Assembly (NCBI RefSeq): GCF_009834535.1
Contig: NC_045696.1
Span: 10,666,001-10,730,000 of the forward strand
Reading direction: 5' to 3'
Length of the DNA: 64,000 bases
Source of the DNA: Camelus ferus
Lineage: Eukaryota
The notes under the pieces were generated by a model. It saw nothing but the letters and a program-made list of their open reading frames with translations. It did no database searches and was not told where the DNA came from. A program made the position numbers and the translations under genes. Shown piece by piece: positions 59,180 to 64,000 of this stretch. Within the stretch, counting starts at the first letter, position 1. Each line of letters starts with the position of its first letter.

Positions 59180-59639
59180 CCTTATTTCTATTACCCGTTG
59201 CTGTGTGACAAATGACCCAAAGACTTGGTGGCTTAAAATTATAACAGTGTATTATTGCTCACGATTCTGTGGGCTTACGAGGCAGTTCTCCTGGTTAACT
59301 TGGTGCTGGCTGAGCTGCTGGGATAGCTAGAAGATCCACAAGGATGCTCAGCTGGGGCCGTTTGGCCCCAGGCTCCAGTTCCTCTCTCCCGGGGCATCTC
59401 CACATGGCTGCCTGGGCTTCCTCACAACATGGTGGCCGGATTCAAGAAGAAACATTTCAAGAAGTGGAAGCAGGAGCTTCAGACTCCTCAAGGCTCTGCC
59501 TCACAGGTGACACTGTCACTTCCACTGCATTCTGCTGGTCAAAGTGGCCAGCCAGGCCAGGCTGAGAGGGGACTACACAGGGCATGGGTCCTGGGAGGTG
59601 TGGTTCATTTGGAGCCATCTTGAGAGACAGGCTTCCACA
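59180..59639 (-). mobile_element. MaLR LTR (MLT1G/H-like)
   Basis: TTGCTGTGTGACAAATGACCC...TGGCTTAAAA...GCTCACGATTCTGTGGG...GGGCTTCCTCACAACATGGTGGC...TCACTTCCACTGCATTCT. Confidence 0.75.
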
Positions 59640-59989
59640 CTACCCCTCACCCTGGGGGCAATCCTGGCTGGCTTCCCCATCATTCTGTCTTATGTTCGAA
59701 TATTTCTTGTCTACACTTGGGAGCAAAACCAGGGGAGGCTTTTTCCTCCAAGACTGTGTGCCAGGGAACCACCATTCCTTACTTCCTCTCCCCTTAGCCT
59801 GTCCCCTGAGGCCCAGCTGTCCTTCATGGGGGTACTGTAATAGAATTCCCACTACTGGCCACCGCAGCCCGAGATGATCAGAGGTTTAACCTCAGGTGAC
59901 TCAGGCCATTCATCCCAGGTGTGAGTGCAAAATCATGGTCCTGGGAGTCCTCATCCTTATCCAACAGGCTTCTCATCTAGGCTCCACCC

Positions 59990-60190
59990 TGCAGAATCAC
60001 ACTTCTTAGCCTGGTGTGTGGACCAGTCACCTGTATCAGGATTGCTAAGGGGCCTGCCAAAGAGTGGAGGCTCCTGGGACCCACTCCAGACCCACCAAGT
60101 GAGGGCCTCTGGGAGTGGCTCCTAGGAACCTGTCCTTTCAACAAGCTCCCCTATTGACTCGGCTGAGCACTCAAGTTGGAGGGCTCTGCT
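59990..60190. mobile_element. MER5B-like DNA transposon
   Basis: CTCCTGGGACCCACTCCAGACC...CTAGGAACCTG...AACAAGCTCCCC...CACTCAAGTTGGAG. Confidence 0.6.
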
Positions 60191-61574
60191 TTGTGTCCCT
60201 TTGGGCCTCTAGATCCTTGAAGAGTTGGGACCTTTCTGGTCTGGGCCATGAGTTCACCCACTTGGACCTCTAGGTTAAAATTGATATCCTGGAACCAGCT
60301 GATCCATTTCCTCTGTGCTGTTGGCCCGGGGGCTCCCCACAGCTGCTCATCCAGGATGACTCACATCCCTGCTCAATTTCCTCTTTCTGGCCCAGTTAGC
60401 AGGACTCCACTTCCCACCCCCAGGCCAGGCCATTCTCTATCCTACACACCTCCCATGTGTGCTGCTGGATTCGTTGGTTGGTCAGGTGGTTGGTGTCGTC
60501 ACTGTGTGTGGGTCATGAGATCTGTCTTCATTGCCTCAGCACATCAGGGCTAGAAGGACATTAGAAATTGGCTGGGCCCCAGTTGCCCACCTTACAAATC
60601 AGAAGCTGATGTTCAGAGAGGTACAGGGTCTGGCCTGAGGCCACACAGCAAACTACTGGCAGAACCGGGACCTGTCCTGTATTTCTTGGTGCTACCTCCC
60701 AACTGCCCCCAACTGCCCGACCCTGTGACCTTCCGTTCCAACCAACAACAAAAGCCTTTCACCACTTAATGGTTCCTTCTCCCACACCTGCCCTCCTGGT
60801 CTTCTTAAGTTCAAAAGCCATTGAATTTTCTTTTTAATGATTCAAATCAAAAGCAATTATGCACCTTGTTCCAGGGTTTTCCTCATGATCATTCCTGAGA
60901 TATGACTATTCTGTTAGCATATACTTTAAGACCTTACAATGCTCACACACACCTCTGGGTGGCCACGATCCACAGCCACTTTTAGGGAACATGTTGGGGA
61001 TGGGGGAGGGGTCGTGGCTTTAAGGACAGACATAGATAGCACATCTGGAGTGGCTGCTTGACCAGCAATGCCCACTGGGATTCAAATGGGTTTGCTCTTC
61101 CTGCCTTCAGTTTCATTCTGTTAATTGCAAAATGGCTGCTACATCTCCATACATGGTCCCCACATTCCAGACAGGAAGAGAAGAAAGGGCTACAAGTCTT
61201 TTTTCCTTCAAAGTTTTGTGTTTTTATATGAGAATATTTGCCATTCCTAGGATTTCTGCCAATATTGGTTTGGCCAGAATGGTCGCATGGCCACTCTTAA
61301 CTGCAAGAGAGTCTGGGAAGATGGACATTGATATTTTAATATGGTCAAAATGTCATAAACAAAATTAGGTCTTTGTTAGGAAGAAAAAAGGGGAACTGAG
61401 CTCCAGATAGGCAATCATGTGGTCTGCTACATGATCTAAAATGTTTGCTGTATTATATTTTTTAGTTAAAAAATACAACAAAAATATCCCAAAAGAGAAG
61501 TTTGATGTGTGTTCTTAGAAGGATTGCATAATAAGAATGTTACATTAAGGTTAGAGCTTAAGGCTTTTTCCTAG

Positions 61575-61937
61575 TGGTATTCATTCTTCCATCACTGAAT
61601 ATAGAGTTAGCTGTTATTTTTTCAGATACTCCATTTATCAGGTTGAGGAACTTCCCTTCTTTTCTTAGTTTGCTCCGAGTTTCTATCAGGAATGTATGTT
61701 GTATTTTTCAGATATCTTTTCTGCATCTATTAAGATGATTATATGATTTTCCCTTTTTAATCTGTTAATACAATGAATTACATTGATTTCAATCAAAATT
61801 CAAACCAATCTTGCATTCCTGGAATAACCTCCACTTGGTCATGATGTATTATCTTTTCTATATATTATTGATTTCAATTTGTCAAAGTTTGGTAAGATTA
61901 TTTTGTATCTATTTTCAGGAGGGATACTGGTTTGTGT
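61575..61937 (-). mobile_element. Degraded LINE-1 ORF2-region fragment
   Basis: TTTATCAGGTTGAGGAACTTCCCTTCT...TTTTCTGCATCTATT...TTGCATTCCTGGAATAA...CACTTGGTCATGATGTATTATC; no open frame. Confidence 0.8.
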
Positions 61938-62499
61938 AGAGATATTATTAACCCTATTTTATTGTTAATGATTAGTAAACATATTCCTCAATGTGAATAG
62001 CTAACTTTTAGGGCCAAGATTTCAACTTGGGTCTGTATATTTTGAAAATTTTCATGCTTTTATGGCAACTCAGATGAAAGCATTATGTTTAGCTTTTAAG
62101 TATCCTCGCTGATGAAATAAACAAATCAAATAAAAATGTAAATAAATAAAAGATTTACATTTATTTATTCTCATCAACTACCAACATATATAATGCTATA
62201 TTTTAAGTAATGTCCATTGGCTGAATACTGGATATTGGATACCTTGCAAAGTGAAAGCAGGCGCTATCCGTGGTCCTCAGTCCTTTTGCTCTCTATGGTA
62301 CCAACGGCTCAGCAGCTGCCCAAAGGCCTCCATTGCTGCAAGGTCAGACACAGATTATCTCACACTTTGGAGGCCAATTCAGAAGCAAGCCCAAGCTTAA
62401 GACATTTTGATGTGAAGAATCCTCATCCTCTGTCCAAGAGAAGACACACAATTGATAATTAGAACCTGGAATTATTTCCTAGAATTACATATGGTGGTT

Positions 62500-62625
62500 C
62501 ATTCAATTAACCCATAAATATTTACTGAAGGCCTACTAAATGCCAGGTACCATTCCAACTTCTAGGGATAAAACAGTAATGAAATTAACACAATTCTTGC
62601 CCTCATTGACCTAACATTCTAGCAA
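62500..62625 (-). mobile_element. L2 3' end fragment
   Basis: CATTCAA...AAATATTTACTGA...CCTACTAAATGCCAGGTAC...TGCCCTCAT...ACATTCTAG. Confidence 0.65.
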
Positions 62626-62829
62626 GTGAAGGAGTAACACCTCCAGGTCAATTTCAGGACAACAATACTGCAAAACTCAAAAGGGAAGAAAGTCTGAGGG
62701 GACAGGTTATAAAGTGTGTCTAAATTTATTGAAACCCTCTAGCGGTGTCATAGCCCCCTCAGGATAGAATCATGGGGTGTTCCTGCCTGGTGGGTGCCCA
62801 GCTCTAAGTCTTCCTTTATTGTTTGTTTA

Positions 62830-63400
62830 TTAAGTTTTGTCTTACAGTAATATTCATACAAAAGTAGAGAGTATAATATAAAGAACTATCAAGTACTCAA
62901 CAACCAGCTTTTATATATCAGTACAGTATCATCTTGCTTCATCCATACCTCCACCCATCACCCTCTTCTTAGATAATTTTGTAGTGACATTAAGTACCTT
63001 TATTTGCAAATATTTCAGTATGTGCCTCTATTAGATAACTGTTATTTAAAAAAAAATTACCCCAATAGTATATTGTACTTTAAAATAACATTTCTTCCTT
63101 AATATCTTTAAATTACTGTCATGTTCATATTTTCCTAGTTGTCTTACAGCTTTTAAATACATGGTTTGAATAAGCATCCAAAAAAGCCCCTACTTTGCAG
63201 TTTCTGAAATGACTTATAAATCTCTTTTATCTATGTGGGTTTCCTCCTCCTTCTTTTTCCTTATTTCTTTTTCTAAAATTTTTATTATTTTTGTTGAAGA
63301 AATTGGATCACTTATCCTATAGCATTTCCCACAGTCTGGATTTTGTTGATTGCAGCCCTATGGTGTCATTTAATGTCTTCTTCCATCCCTTGTATTTCTG
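62830..63400 (-). mobile_element. Old LINE-1 3' fragment (L1MC/ME-like)
   Basis: CATACAAAAGTAGAGAGTATAATA...AAATATTTCAGTATG...TCCCACAGTCTGGATTTTGTTGATTGCA. Confidence 0.6.
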
Positions 63401-64000
63401 TCCACTTGTATGTCCACATCTCTTCTGTCATTTTTTCTTTTATTCCTAGTTATTTTCTAAATTCTGCCACCTCTTTTTCCAAACTTCCTTTTCTCCAATC
63501 CCCTTAAATCTGAGGTGTTTTTTTTTTTTTTTAACTCTGAGGTATGTTGTTCTTTCATAGCTTCTATCATTTCCTTAATTTCCTTTAACTTATTCTGGAA
63601 TATTTGAAACATTCTGTGAACATTTCATCCTAGAAGGCGTTCATTGTCTGTAAGACTTTCATTCTACTTCTTTTCTTTTTCTTTCTCTTAAGTTAATTTT
63701 TATGGGTTTCCATCCCAGGGCTTTTCTGTTGTTCATTTTCTAAATGAAAAATTTCCTCTACTTTTAGGAGCCCAGGGAGTGCCAAGACAACCTTTCTATT
63801 TTAAAGGCTCTAGAGCTGTCTCTTCTGTTGTTTTCACAAAGATGTAAAACAAAAAGCTTCAAACTTTTTGAGAGCTGCCTCCTCTGCTCTGCACCCCTAT
63901 TTATCTGCATCTTTTTCCCTTGCCTCTAACTTCTGCTCAGGTGTTCCTTAATGCAAGGCTTCATATGAGAAGGGAGTGTGTTCACTTTGAGAGTGTAGGG

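Noticed and set aside
1..64000. CRISPR arrays, operons, rRNA, intact transposase or reverse-transcriptase genes
   Set aside because: The window is mammalian; no regularly spaced repeat-spacer arrays or intact mobile-element ORFs were seen.

Overview
Mammalian genomic DNA containing the tandem, same-strand (minus) bHLH genes OLIG2 (non-coding exon 1, one intron, coding exon 2; 323-aa CDS 43803-44774) and OLIG1 (intronless; 268-aa CDS 6146-6952), about 35 kb apart. Two short tRNA-Ala-like SINEs resemble the camelid Vic-1 family, so the species is probably a camel, llama or alpaca (inference). The rest is non-coding: several CpG islands, motif-dense candidate enhancers and interspersed repeats (L1, L2, MIR, MaLR/ERV LTRs, hAT DNA transposons). 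Repeat subfamily names are from recall and most boundaries are approximate. No new multi-gene system is supported. The most intriguing observation is in the OLIG2 5' leader: a stop-free 30-codon ATG frame in exon 1 meets a CAG/TAG tandem acceptor, so a 3-nt splice choice would give either a uORF or an N-terminally extended OLIG2. Also notable are a ~240-bp local duplication of an old L1 piece, an L1 nested in an L1, a strong internal ATG and a long +1 frame in OLIG1, and several TF-motif clusters.
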